DNA from: an uncultured delta proteobacterium
GTDB lineage: Bacteria > Myxococcota_A > Polyangia > Polyangiales > Polyangiaceae
Assembly: GCA_963782055.1 (NCBI GenBank)
Contig: CAWAIF010000003.1
Span: 4,800,001 to 4,864,000 of the forward strand
Direction of reading: 5' to 3'
Length of the DNA stretch: 64,000 nucleotides
Positions within the stretch are counted from its first letter, which is position 1; every line of letters starts with the position of its first letter. The notes below the pieces were generated by a model, which saw only the letters and a list, made by a program, of their open reading frames with translations, had not been told where the DNA came from and did no database searches. Below are positions 1 to 9,217 of the stretch, in pieces. A program made the position numbers and the translations under genes.

Positions 1-1
1 G

Positions 2-241
2 ATGGTCGAGGGCGGCGCCGAGCTGGCCGGCACGCTCCTCGCGGCGCGCCTGGCCGACGAGCTGCACGCCTTCGTCGCCCCGGTGCTGCTGGGCCCGCGA
101 GGCCGCCCCGGCGCGGTCGACTGGGCCGGCCCCGACGTGCCCCAGCTCGCGCCGCGCATCGTGGAGCCCACCTGGGAGCTCTGCGGGGACGACGCCCACG
201 TGTTCGGGCGCCTGGGCTACCCGCAGCAGGAGGAGACGTGA
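2..241 (+). CDS. ribD: Riboflavin biosynthesis RibD, C-terminal reductase part (5' truncated by window)
   Basis: VEGGAELAGTLL...DELHAFVAPVLLG matches the RibD_C reductase motif (vEGG...lvDE...iAP.llG). Confidence 0.8.
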   Translation: MVEGGAELAGTLLAARLADELHAFVAPVLLGPRGRPGAVDWAGPDVPQLAPRIVEPTWELCGDDAHVFGRLGYPQQEET

Positions 242-302
242 TCGCGCGGGCGCGAGGGGGCCTGGCGGCAGGGCCGCGACGGCATTAGGATGGAGAGCGA
301 GC

Positions 303-818
303 ATGATTCGCACCATCCTCCACTACCCCCACCCTCGCCTGCGCGACGTGGGCGCCAAGGTCGAGGCGGTCACGCCCGACGTCCAGGCCCTCGTCGACGA
401 CATGGCGGAGACGATGTACGCGGCCCCGGGCGTGGGCCTCGCCGCCACGCAGATCGGGGTGGCCCTGCAGGTCTTCGTCGTGGACTGCGCCGAGGCGGAC
501 GCCCCGAGCGATCTACGCGTCTTCATCAACCCGGAGATCCTCGAGCGCCACGACACCATCACCTGGAGCGAGGGCTGCCTCAGCTTTCCCGGGGTAAACG
601 AGGACATCGAGCGCGCCGCCCGCGTGCGCGTGCGCGCGCAGGATCGCTCCGGCAGGACGTTCGAGCTGGAGGCGGAGGACCTGCTCGCGGTGGCGATCCA
701 GCACGAGTACGATCACCTCCAGGGCGTGCTGATGATCGATCACATGGGCCCGCTCAAGAAGCGCATCGTGCACCGCAAGATGCAGAAGCGCGAAGCGGGT
801 CACGCCTCGGCGGAGTGA
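303..818 (+). CDS. def: Peptide deformylase
   Basis: GVGLAATQIG, EGCLS and QHEYDHLQG motifs. Confidence 0.97.
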   Translation: MIRTILHYPHPRLRDVGAKVEAVTPDVQALVDDMAETMYAAPGVGLAATQIGVALQVFVVDCAEADAPSDLRVFINPEILERHDTITWSEGCLSFPGVNEDIERAARVRVRAQDRSGRTFELEAEDLLAVAIQHEYDHLQGVLMIDHMGPLKKRIVHRKMQKREAGHASAE

Positions 819-845
819 GCGAGCCGGCCGCCGCGGCCGGCCGGT

Positions 846-3062
846 TCAGCGCGCCTTCTTGAAGAGGTTGGTGTCCACGCGCACGCCGCGCGCGGCGAAC
901 TCGTTGAGGATGCGCGGCACCACGCCGGTGGCCAGGTGGCCCTCGGCGCCGTCGGAGGCGACGAACACGTCGCGCGAGACGATGCCCTTGGCGTCGGCGC
1001 CGCCCAGCTCGGCGATGCGCACCACGCGGTAGCGCCCGTCGGGGAGCAGGTGCACCTCGACGGCGACGTCGAAGGCCTCACCCACCAGCTCGCGCGCCGC
1101 CTCGGCGGAGAGGCCCGGGCGGGCGAGCAGCAGCTGCCCGCACAGGCGCGAGACCGCCTGCCGGAGCGACGGCGCCGACACCGCGCCGAGCACACCCTCG
1201 GTGCCCTCGGCGATGGCCTCCAGCGTCGCCGCCACGAAGGGACCGGCGAGCGCGCCGACGATGAGCCGGTCCGGCCGGATGCGCGCGGCGGAGCGGACGG
1301 TTCCCTCCGCGCTGGACTGCGCCGCCACCGAGAGGCGGAGCACCTGCGCGTGCGAGATCCCGAAGTCCTCCTCGTCCTGGAGCACGGCGACGCGATCCCC
1401 CGGGGCGCCGCTCGAGGCGAGCGCGCCGAGGAAGGTCGTCGCGGCCACGCCGCTCGAGGCCGACACCAGCAGGTTGGCGCGCGCCTGCAGGCAGCCCTCC
1501 AGGAAGGTCGCCATCGCGCGCGACATGGCACCGAGGCGCACGAAGTCCTCGAGCGACATCTCCACCTTGCGGCGCTTGCGGATGACGAGCGCGTTCGCCG
1601 CCGAGGCCGGCGGGCGGAACGCCATCATGTGCGCGCCACGCGGCAGACGCCTGTCGACGAAGGTCTCGCCCTCGCGCACCGGGTGGCCCGATTGCGCGGC
1701 GAGGCGGAGGATGGCCGTACCGAGCGCGTCGTCGCTCGTGTAGGCGACGTCGGCGAGCGCCACGTTGCCGGCGCGCACGACCATGACCTGGTCGTGCCGC
1801 AGGCAGTGAATCTCGCTGACCTCGTCGTCCTCGAGCAGCGCGCCGGCGGCGCCCGCGCCGAGGAGCTCGCGCACGGCGTCGGCGCGGACTGCGTCGATGT
1901 CGACGCCGTCGGGCACCTCGCCCTCCGACTTCATCGCGGCAGCCTGCGCCGCCGCCGCCTTCTCCACCTTGGCCGTCCACGCGCCGTCCACCGTGGCGGA
2001 CTTCTTCAGGTCGGTGAGGTCCACCTCGTCGGCGATGAGGTCGATGAGCGATCCGAGGGCGAGCCTGCGCCCGGCCTGGGCTGGCGTCTCGCGCGGGGGG
2101 ATGCGCGACGGCGTCGAGCCCGGCTGCGAGGGTCGCGACGGCCGCGCGGCCCCCGCCCCGGTGTTGATGACCGGCGGGGCAGGCATCGACGGCGGGCGCG
2201 CCGGCGAGGGCGCCGGGCTCGTGTTCATGTTCATGGTGCCGCCGCCCACACGGCCCGCGCTGACCGAGGGCACGCGCGGCGGCGCGGGGACGCGCGCGGG
2301 CTCCGGCTCGTCGGGATCGCGCTCGAGCGGGTAGTGGCTCACCGCGTTGGGATCGGGCCGGCCGGTGGCCAAACCGGGATCGCTCCGCCGACCGCCGGGC
2401 AGCGGCGGCATGTTCGGCGGCATGGCGCCGCTGGACTTCATCGTGGTGTTCGGCACGGCTCCGGCAGCGGGCGCGGGCGGTACGGGCGCCGCCGGCGACG
2501 GCGGCGACGGAACGGGCTGCGCCGCGGCGATGGGCATCGGCACGGCCGGGGTGGGGGGCCGCGGCATCGGCGCCGGCGGCATGGGAGACATCCCCATCCC
2601 GGGGCTGGGCTGAGGCGGCAGTGGCGGCATCCCCGGCGGCATCGGCCCCGCCGGCGGCATCGGCCCCGCCGGCGGCATCGGCCCGGGCGGCCCCGTCAGT
2701 CCGGGCGGGCCGGGCGGCACGGCCATCTGCGGGGGCGCTGGCACGTTGCCGCCGCTCGCCTCGGCCGCGGCGCCGCCGAGGTCCAGCCGCAGGATGAAGT
2801 CGCCGATGTAGATCTTGTCGCCCTCGCGGACGATCGTCGCCTGCGCGATCTTGCGACCGTTGACGTAGGTGCCGTTGGTGCTCTTCAGGTCGGTGACGAT
2901 GAAGCGTCCGTCCCGGTAGAGCAGGCGAGCGTGGTGCTTCGAGACGTTGCCCTTGGGGAGCATCAGGTCGTTGCCCTGCACGCGGCCGACGTTGATCTCG
3001 TTCTTGTCGAACGTCTCCTTGCGTTCGGCTCCCCCCTTCTCACTGATGATGATCGAGAACAT
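846..3062 (-). CDS. FHA domain + Pro-rich linker + CpaF/TadA-like secretion ATPase with degenerate Walker motifs
   Basis: N-terminal GR..ND...VSKHHA...DLKSTNGTYVNG (FHA). C-terminal LLEDDEVSEI, VDRRLP.G, IRK, ANLLVS, RIRPDRLIVG are typical of CpaF. Confidence 0.85.
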   Translation of the reverse strand: MFSIIISEKGGAERKETFDKNEINVGRVQGNDLMLPKGNVSKHHARLLYRDGRFIVTDLKSTNGTYVNGRKIAQATIVREGDKIYIGDFILRLDLGGAAAEASGGNVPAPPQMAVPPGPPGLTGPPGPMPPAGPMPPAGPMPPGMPPLPPQPSPGMGMSPMPPAPMPRPPTPAVPMPIAAAQPVPSPPSPAAPVPPAPAAGAVPNTTMKSSGAMPPNMPPLPGGRRSDPGLATGRPDPNAVSHYPLERDPDEPEPARVPAPPRVPSVSAGRVGGGTMNMNTSPAPSPARPPSMPAPPVINTGAGAARPSRPSQPGSTPSRIPPRETPAQAGRRLALGSLIDLIADEVDLTDLKKSATVDGAWTAKVEKAAAAQAAAMKSEGEVPDGVDIDAVRADAVRELLGAGAAGALLEDDEVSEIHCLRHDQVMVVRAGNVALADVAYTSDDALGTAILRLAAQSGHPVREGETFVDRRLPRGAHMMAFRPPASAANALVIRKRRKVEMSLEDFVRLGAMSRAMATFLEGCLQARANLLVSASSGVAATTFLGALASSGAPGDRVAVLQDEEDFGISHAQVLRLSVAAQSSAEGTVRSAARIRPDRLIVGALAGPFVAATLEAIAEGTEGVLGAVSAPSLRQAVSRLCGQLLLARPGLSAEAARELVGEAFDVAVEVHLLPDGRYRVVRIAELGGADAKGIVSRDVFVASDGAEGHLATGVVPRILNEFAARGVRVDTNLFKKAR
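2633..2686. repeat. 18-bp tandem repeat (~3 units) encoding (GPMPPA)n
   Basis: ccggcggcatcggccccg repeated inside the Pro-rich linker. Confidence 0.7.
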
Positions 3063-3317
3063 TCGCCCCTCGAGGCAGGGTCAACGTCTGGGTCCGAAGC
3101 GTACCGGACGGCCGCGCAGGACCTGCGCGGCGAGCCACCCGCGCACCGTGCGCGTTACCACGGCGGATTGTCGGAGCTTTTGCTCGCAAGTGTCAACTTG
3201 AGAGCGAGGGAGGCCCCCCGACGGCCGTTGCAGCGCCACCACCACGGCCATTTCGCGAGCTTCCGCGTCCTCGGCCCGGCTGCGGCGCCGCTCGAGTTCC
3301 CGCCGCGCGACGCGGCG

Positions 3318-3500
3318 TCAGGGCTTGGCGCGCTTGCCCTTGACCTCGGACGTCACCATCCCGAGCAGCTCGCTCGCCAGCGCGACCACGTGCTCCTCGG
3401 TGTAGCCGTTCGCCCGGAGCTCCCGGTAGATGCTCTTGGCGAGGATGCCCAGCGTACGGGGATCACGGCTGGGGGGGGCGGCGTCGATCGGAAGAGCCAT
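3318..3500 (-). CDS. Small (60 aa) hypothetical protein
   Basis: MALPID...LAKSIYRELRANGY...LASELLGMVT; GAGGTG SD-like site before the ATG; GC3-rich codons. Confidence 0.7.
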   Translation of the reverse strand: MALPIDAAPPSRDPRTLGILAKSIYRELRANGYTEEHVVALASELLGMVTSEVKGKRAKP

Positions 3501-3729
3501 GGCACCTCGGGGGTCGCGGAGAGCCGCGACGGACCGTGAGCAATCAAGCGCCATGCCATACGGATGATCAGGGAAATGCTGCCTCCCGCGGGCCTCACGT
3601 GCGAAGGAGCGTGCTCGCCCCGGGCGTTTCCGCGCGAACCGTGGTTCGCATACACCGCAACCCTGAGCGGGCTCCTCCGGCGGCCTCCGGCCGGCCGCGC
3701 GCCCGGCGGCGTGTTACCGTGCGCGGCCC

Positions 3730-5094
3730 ATGAGCTCCTGGCTCGAAAAGGGCTCCCGACGTCGGCGCCTGCTCATCGCCTTCGGGATCTACGTCGTGGT
3801 GGTGGCGGTGATGGCCATCGTCGCCGGCTCCGAGCGGCTGACGACCCACACCGCCTTCGACCACTACGCCTTGCTCGCCGATGCCTGGCTGCACGGCCGG
3901 CAGGACCTGGCGAACGGCCCGCCCGGCTACGCCGCGGGGAACGACTTCGCCCTGTTCGAGGGCCACTGGTACATCAGCTTCCCGCCCTTCCCGGCGATGC
4001 TGATGCTGCCCTTCGTGAAGCTCGCGGGGAGCGCGCAGAACTTCCAGGACGGGCAGTTCATCGTGTGGCTCTCCGGCATCGGGCCCGCGGTGCTCTTCCT
4101 GGTGCTGGAGAAGCTGCGGCGCGCCGAGCGCTCCGCGCGCACCGAGGCGCAGAACGCTGCGCTCGCGCTGCTCTTCGCCTTCGGCACGGTCTACTTCTTC
4201 ACCGCGGTGCAGGGCACCGTCTGGTACGCGGCGCACGTCGTCGGCGTCGGGCTGATGTGCATCTACCTGCTCTACGCGCTGGACGCCGAGAACGCGTGGG
4301 CCGCGGGCTCCATGGCGGGGCTCATGTTCCTCACGCGCCCGCACACCCTGCTGGTGGGCGCGCTCTTCGTGCTGGAGCTCGCGCGCGTCACGGCGAAGGA
4401 CGGCCTCGCGACCGAGGGCTCCCTGCTCGACCGCATCGAGAAGACGTGGATGCGCGTCGACAAGGCCGCCTTCTTCCGGCGGGCCGGCGCCTTCGCGGTG
4501 CCGGTGGCGATCGCCCTCGGCGTCGCGTCGTGGATGAACTACACGCGCTTCCACAACGCGAGCCCGGCGGCGTTCGGCCACGAGCACCTCACGGTGCAGT
4601 GGCACGGGCGCATGCAGAAGTGGGGGCTGTTCGGCTACCACTACCTCGCCAAGAACCTGGGCGTGGTGCTCACCAGCCTCCCCTACCGGCCGCCGCACGG
4701 GCAGCTGGGGCAGGGCATGCCCGCCGTGCAGATCAACGAGCACGGCCTCGCGCTCTGGTTCACCACCCCGCTCTACATCTGGCTGCTCTGGCCGAAGCGG
4801 AAGGGCTTCCTCCACGCGGCGCTCTGGCTGGCCGCGCTGGGCCCCATCCTCTTCGACCTGCTCTACCAGAACAGCGGGTGGCGGCAGTTCGGCTACCGCT
4901 TCTCCAACGACTACGCGCCGATCCTCTTCGTGCTGCTCGCCATCGGCGGCCGCCCCTTCGGCTGGATGTTCCGGACCGCCGCCGCGTGGGCCCTCGCGTG
5001 GAACCTCTTCGGCGCCGTCACCTTCAACCGCGCCAACTTCGACCGGTTCTACTGGCGTGAGTCCACGCAGCGGGTCCTTTACCAGGACGACTAG
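3730..5094 (+). CDS. Polytopic membrane protein, GT-C-fold glycosyltransferase-like
   Basis: Many TM segments; YALLADAWLHG, ISFPPFPA and QFGYRFSND motifs. Confidence 0.6.
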   Translation: MSSWLEKGSRRRRLLIAFGIYVVVVAVMAIVAGSERLTTHTAFDHYALLADAWLHGRQDLANGPPGYAAGNDFALFEGHWYISFPPFPAMLMLPFVKLAGSAQNFQDGQFIVWLSGIGPAVLFLVLEKLRRAERSARTEAQNAALALLFAFGTVYFFTAVQGTVWYAAHVVGVGLMCIYLLYALDAENAWAAGSMAGLMFLTRPHTLLVGALFVLELARVTAKDGLATEGSLLDRIEKTWMRVDKAAFFRRAGAFAVPVAIALGVASWMNYTRFHNASPAAFGHEHLTVQWHGRMQKWGLFGYHYLAKNLGVVLTSLPYRPPHGQLGQGMPAVQINEHGLALWFTTPLYIWLLWPKRKGFLHAALWLAALGPILFDLLYQNSGWRQFGYRFSNDYAPILFVLLAIGGRPFGWMFRTAAAWALAWNLFGAVTFNRANFDRFYWRESTQRVLYQDD

Positions 5095-5104
5095 GAGCCT
5101 CGCC

Positions 5105-5653
5105 ATGATCAAGCCCACGCTCGGAATGATTGCAGTCTGCATGCTTTGTTCCTGCAAGGGGTCGAGCGCACCGCCGGAGCCGCCGCCGGGCAAGACGGCC
5201 GCCACGATCACGGTCACCACCGCCTCCTTCCCCGCGGGCGGCGCCATCCCGGCGGAGTTCACCTGCGACGGGACGGACGTGTCGCCCGCGCTCGCGTGGA
5301 GCGGGGCGCCGGCGGCGGCCAGGTCGATCGCCGTGGTGGTGGACGACCCCGACGCGCCCGGCGGCACCTTCACCCACTGGATCGCGTGGAACGCGCGCGC
5401 CGACACGACCGCGCTGGCGCAGGGCGCGGCCATCACCACCCTGGGCGGCGTGTCCGGCCAGAACGACTTCGACAAGACCGGGTACTCGGGCCCCTGCCCG
5501 CCGAAGGGCCAGCTCCACCACTACCACTTCCGCGTCTACGCGCTGGACACGACCGTGACGCTCGGCCCCGGTGCCAGGCGCGGCGACCTCGACCACGCGC
5601 TCAACGGGCACGTCCTCGCGCAGGGGGAGCTCATCGGCACCTTCCGCCATTGA
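5105..5653 (+). CDS. YbhB/YbcL (PEBP / Raf kinase inhibitor-like) lipoprotein
   Basis: DPDAP, FTHW, GYSGPCPP and HHYHFRVYALD motifs; AGGAG RBS. Confidence 0.93.
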   Translation: MIKPTLGMIAVCMLCSCKGSSAPPEPPPGKTAATITVTTASFPAGGAIPAEFTCDGTDVSPALAWSGAPAAARSIAVVVDDPDAPGGTFTHWIAWNARADTTALAQGAAITTLGGVSGQNDFDKTGYSGPCPPKGQLHHYHFRVYALDTTVTLGPGARRGDLDHALNGHVLAQGELIGTFRH

Positions 5654-5698
5654 GCGGATGGTTTGAAAGGCCGGCGTTCTTTGGGTAGAAGCCCTCCC

Positions 5699-6472
5699 AT
5701 GCGCCGCGCCTCCCTCCTCGTCCTCCCGATGCTCGTCCTCGCCTTCGCCGCGTGCCGGTCGGAGTCTCCGCCGGAGCCGGACGCCGTGCACGCCGACCCT
5801 GCCGCCGCCAAGGCCGTCGGCACCGCGGTCGCCGCCAAGCAAGGCGCCGCCGTCGGCCCGACACGCATGCAAGTGGCGCAGGTCCCGGTGTCTCCGGACG
5901 ACCCCGTCCACGGCCAGTTCAATCTCGCCGACGCCGAGAAGGGGCTCAAGGGCAACGGAGACCTGAGCGCCACCATCGAGACCTCGCACGGGACGCTGAC
6001 GTGCAAGCTCTTCGCGGACAAGGCGCCCATCACCGTCGCCAACTTCGTCGGGCTCGCGCGCGGCACGCGCCCCTGGAAGGACCCCGCGAACGGCCAGTGG
6101 GTGACGCGCCCCGCCTACGACGGCACCACCTTCCACCGCATCATCAAGGGCTTCATGATCCAGGGCGGCGACCCGAAGGGCGACGGCTCGGGCGAGCCCG
6201 GCTACGTCATCCCCGACGAGATCTGGCCCGGCGCGACGCACGACCACGCCGGCGAGCTCTGCATGGCCAACCGCGGGCCCAACACCAACGGCGCGCAGTT
6301 CTTCATCACCGACGCCGCCGCGCCGCACCTGGACAAGGGCTACACCATCCTGGGCGAGTGCGGCCCGGTGGCGGCGATCCACATGATCGCCAGCGTCGCC
6401 ACGGGCCCGGGGGACAAGCCCGTCACGCCGGTGGAGATCCGCCACGTCACCATCACCCGCGGCGGGAAGTGA
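5699..6472 (+). CDS. Cyclophilin-type peptidyl-prolyl isomerase (lipoprotein)
   Basis: FHRIIKGFMIQGGDP and MANRGPNTNGAQFFIT; lipobox FAAC. Confidence 0.95.
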   Translation: MRRASLLVLPMLVLAFAACRSESPPEPDAVHADPAAAKAVGTAVAAKQGAAVGPTRMQVAQVPVSPDDPVHGQFNLADAEKGLKGNGDLSATIETSHGTLTCKLFADKAPITVANFVGLARGTRPWKDPANGQWVTRPAYDGTTFHRIIKGFMIQGGDPKGDGSGEPGYVIPDEIWPGATHDHAGELCMANRGPNTNGAQFFITDAAAPHLDKGYTILGECGPVAAIHMIASVATGPGDKPVTPVEIRHVTITRGGK

Positions 6473-6481
6473 TCGCGCCGC

Positions 6482-7108
6482 TCAGGGCGGCTTCGGCAGG
6501 ATGACCTTCTGCCCGGGCTTGACGCCGTGGCGGCGCGTCCAGCCGGCGTTGACCTCCAGCACGTAGCGCGAGGGGCAGCCGACGCTGCGCGTCTCGTCGT
6601 TGAGCGTGGGCGCGTTCTCCACCACGCCGACGATGGTGCCGTCCTCGTCGATGAAGAGCATGTCCAGCGGGATGCAGGTGTTGTGCATCCAGAAGGTGTG
6701 ATCGCTCCGGTCCTCGAGGAAAAAGAGCATGCCCCTCTCCTCCGCCATGTGCGTGCGGAACATGAGGCCGCGCTCCGTCTCCGCGGGGGTGCGCGCGAGC
6801 TCGGCGTCCACGGAGGCGCCGGTGTCGGGGAACTTCACGGGCATGACGGGCACGAAGGGCGGCCCTCCCTCGGGGTCTTTCGGACAGTGGGCGGCAGGCT
6901 TCGGCGCGGGCGAGGCGACCGGCGCCATCGGCACCACGCACGACGGCGTGGACGGCGCAGGGCCATGGGGCGAGGCGGCGGCGGCCGCGCCCGTCGCCGC
7001 GGGAAGCACGACCGCGCTCGCCGGCGGCGGTGGCGGCGGCTCGTCCGGCGCGCGGTTGCACCCGCAGAGCGCCAGCGAGCCCAACAGCAGCAGTCCGGCC
7101 CGACGCAT
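6482..7108 (-). CDS. DUF192-domain lipoprotein
   Basis: RGLMFR, GMLF, FWMHNT.IPLDMLFID and YVLEVNAG motifs. Confidence 0.92.
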   Translation of the reverse strand: MRRAGLLLLGSLALCGCNRAPDEPPPPPPASAVVLPAATGAAAAASPHGPAPSTPSCVVPMAPVASPAPKPAAHCPKDPEGGPPFVPVMPVKFPDTGASVDAELARTPAETERGLMFRTHMAEERGMLFFLEDRSDHTFWMHNTCIPLDMLFIDEDGTIVGVVENAPTLNDETRSVGCPSRYVLEVNAGWTRRHGVKPGQKVILPKPP

Positions 7109-7138
7109 GGCAGGGGCTTTAGCCGAAAACGCCGGGGG

Positions 7139-7200
7139 ACAAAAGTAGAACGGCATCGCGCGGAGGCCCGGGGGGGGAGAGCCATCCTGCGCGATGCCGA
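7139..7200 (-). ncRNA. Candidate sigma54-dependent small hairpin RNA (or attenuator) with U-C8 loop
   Basis: Perfect 11-bp stem 7151-7161/7189-7199 plus inner pairs, loop UCCCCCCCC, followed by UUCUACUUUU; begins ~12 nt after a sigma54-type promoter. Confidence 0.55.
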
Positions 7201-7210
7201 ACTTCCTCTT

Positions 7211-7227
7211 AGCGAGGACCGTGCCAA
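7211..7227 (-). promoter_or_regulatory. Sigma54 (-24/-12) promoter
   Basis: TTGGCACGGTCCTCGCT has GG-N10-GC and matches TGGCACG-N4-TTGCW with 1 mismatch. Confidence 0.7.
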
Positions 7228-7325
7228 TCCGAAGTGCTGGAAATCTGGTGCGTGTCGCCGCGTGGCGTTTCACCCCTGCAAGGGCGCAATTTCACGTTTG
7301 AACACCAGCACCACTTGCCCACAGG

Positions 7326-8255
7326 TTATGCCCGCAAGCTGCGGACGCCCGCCTGGTGCACTTTGCCCGGGAGCATTCGCCCCACGATGCTCTCGGCGGC
7401 CTTGCCCGCCTCCACCAGACGCTCCAGGTCGATGCCCGTCTGCACGCCCATGCCGTGGAGCATGTAGACGAGGTCTTCGGTGGCGACGTTGCCCGCGGCG
7501 CCCGGCGCGTAGGGGCACCCGCCCATCCCGCCCACCGACGCGTCGAAGTCGCGGATGCCCATCTCCAGCCCGACGAGGACGTTGGGCAGGGCGGTGCCGC
7601 GCGTGTCGTGCATGTGCATGGCCAGCTTGGGCGCGGGGATCTCCGCGAGCATCATCCCGATGATCCGGCGTGTCTGCAGGGGCGTACCGACGCCGATGGT
7701 GTCTCCCAGCGACACCTGGTAGCAGCCCATCTCCAGCAAGGTCCGGGCGATGGAGAGCGCGCGGCGCGGATCCACCTCGCCCTCGTACGGGCAGCCCCAG
7801 ACTGTCGACACGTAGCCCCGGACGCGCAGGCCCGCCTCCCGCGCCGGGCCGATGGTCGCCTTGAAGGCTTCCAGCGTCTCGGCGATGGTCTTGTTGACGT
7901 TCTTGCGGTTGTGCGTCTCGCTGGCGCTGAGAAAGACGGCGATCTCGCTCAGGCCGGCGGCGCGCGCGCGCTCGAGGCCACGCGCGTTGGGGACGAGCGC
8001 GGAGTAGACCACCTTGCTCGAGTGCGGGAGCCGCTGCGCCTCGCGCGCGACGTCGTCGGCGTCGGCGAGCTGGGGAATCCACTTGGGCGAGACGAAGCTG
8101 GTGATCTCAATCCGCTCCAGCCCCGCGGCGGTCAGCGCCTCGATGAGGCGGAGCTTGTCGCCCAGGGGCACGGTGACCTTCTCGTTCTGGAGGCCGTCGC
8201 GGGGGGAGACCTCGTAGATGGACACGCGGTCGGGCAAGGTCTCCAGGAAGGCCAT
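7326..8255 (-). CDS. Hydroxymethylglutaryl-CoA lyase
   Basis: EVSPRDGLQNE, HMHDTRG and GGCPYAPGAAGNVATED motifs. Confidence 0.95.
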   Translation of the reverse strand: MAFLETLPDRVSIYEVSPRDGLQNEKVTVPLGDKLRLIEALTAAGLERIEITSFVSPKWIPQLADADDVAREAQRLPHSSKVVYSALVPNARGLERARAAGLSEIAVFLSASETHNRKNVNKTIAETLEAFKATIGPAREAGLRVRGYVSTVWGCPYEGEVDPRRALSIARTLLEMGCYQVSLGDTIGVGTPLQTRRIIGMMLAEIPAPKLAMHMHDTRGTALPNVLVGLEMGIRDFDASVGGMGGCPYAPGAAGNVATEDLVYMLHGMGVQTGIDLERLVEAGKAAESIVGRMLPGKVHQAGVRSLRA

Positions 8256-8389
8256 GAGCACAGGGTTCGCTCTCGGGCCTGGCCCGTCAACCCCGTCGCC
8301 GGCCGCACCATGCCGGGCTCTGCCGAGCCCTTCGCGACCAACACACCCAAATGTTTTCGCCGCGGCCCGCTCGCCGTATCCTACAGGTC

Positions 8390-9130
8390 ATGCGGCACAA
8401 CGACGAGGAGCGACCTCCGTCGAGCCTGAGGGGTCGGCTCTGCGACGTGTTCTTCCCCGCCCTGGCCAGCGAGTCGATCGAACCGCTGCTCATGCGGCTC
8501 GGTCCCAAGGCCACCCTCGACGACCCTCTCTTCGGCGCCTGCAGCGGCGTGGACGACCTGCGCGCCCGGCTGAAGCAGTGGGCCACCTGGCTCGGAGAGC
8601 ACGCTGCCACCTTCGAGCGCACGCAGACCACGATCGGAGCCGACCGCGACGTGACGCAGGGACTGATGGAGATGCGCTCGGACGGGGACCACATCACGCT
8701 GCCCGTCGCGGTGCTGATGGAGCGCCTGCGGGAGCGGGAGGTGGTGCTCCGGGTCTACTTCGGCACCAGGCGCCTGGGCACCAGCGCGAAGGGCCCCTCG
8801 CTCCAGCGCGCCGAGACTCCGCCGGTGCTGCCGGACGTCATCGTGGAGCACCTCGACGCCATCGGCGCGGGGACGGTGCAGCGCATCGTCGCCGGCACCG
8901 AGGAGGACGCGGTGCTCCGCGACGCCGCGGGCCAGGAGCACCCGCGCGAGCAGATCGGCGCGCTGCTCGGCGCCGTGGAGCTCGAGCCCGCCGGCGTGGC
9001 GGACGACGGCCGCGTGTGCGCGGTGGAGGCGACAGGCAAGGCGGGAGGCCCGGCGTGGCTGCTCGTCTTCGTGCGCGGAGACAGCGGGCTCGTCCGGGCG
9101 ATCCGCGTCTACTCCGACCTCCCCGGATGA
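8390..9130 (+). CDS. Hypothetical protein, probable tandem SnoaL/NTF2-like folds
   Basis: ATLDDPLFG; two halves ending in LRVY / IRVYSD; TATCCT -10 box 7 nt before the ATG. Confidence 0.5.
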   Translation: MRHNDEERPPSSLRGRLCDVFFPALASESIEPLLMRLGPKATLDDPLFGACSGVDDLRARLKQWATWLGEHAATFERTQTTIGADRDVTQGLMEMRSDGDHITLPVAVLMERLREREVVLRVYFGTRRLGTSAKGPSLQRAETPPVLPDVIVEHLDAIGAGTVQRIVAGTEEDAVLRDAAGQEHPREQIGALLGAVELEPAGVADDGRVCAVEATGKAGGPAWLLVFVRGDSGLVRAIRVYSDLPG

Positions 9131-9217
9131 GGTATCGTCGAGGGGCTCGGCCGGGGCACACCGGCCGCTCCGCTCGTTCGTTCGCGCGCGGCGCGGGGCG
9201 GCTCGAAAGGTACCAAC

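Noticed and set aside
936..3539. Long antisense and off-frame ORFs (e.g. 936-3539, 11161-13659, 36672-39614, 48902-52900)
   Set aside because: Shadow ORFs from high GC3 bias opposite clearly identifiable genes.
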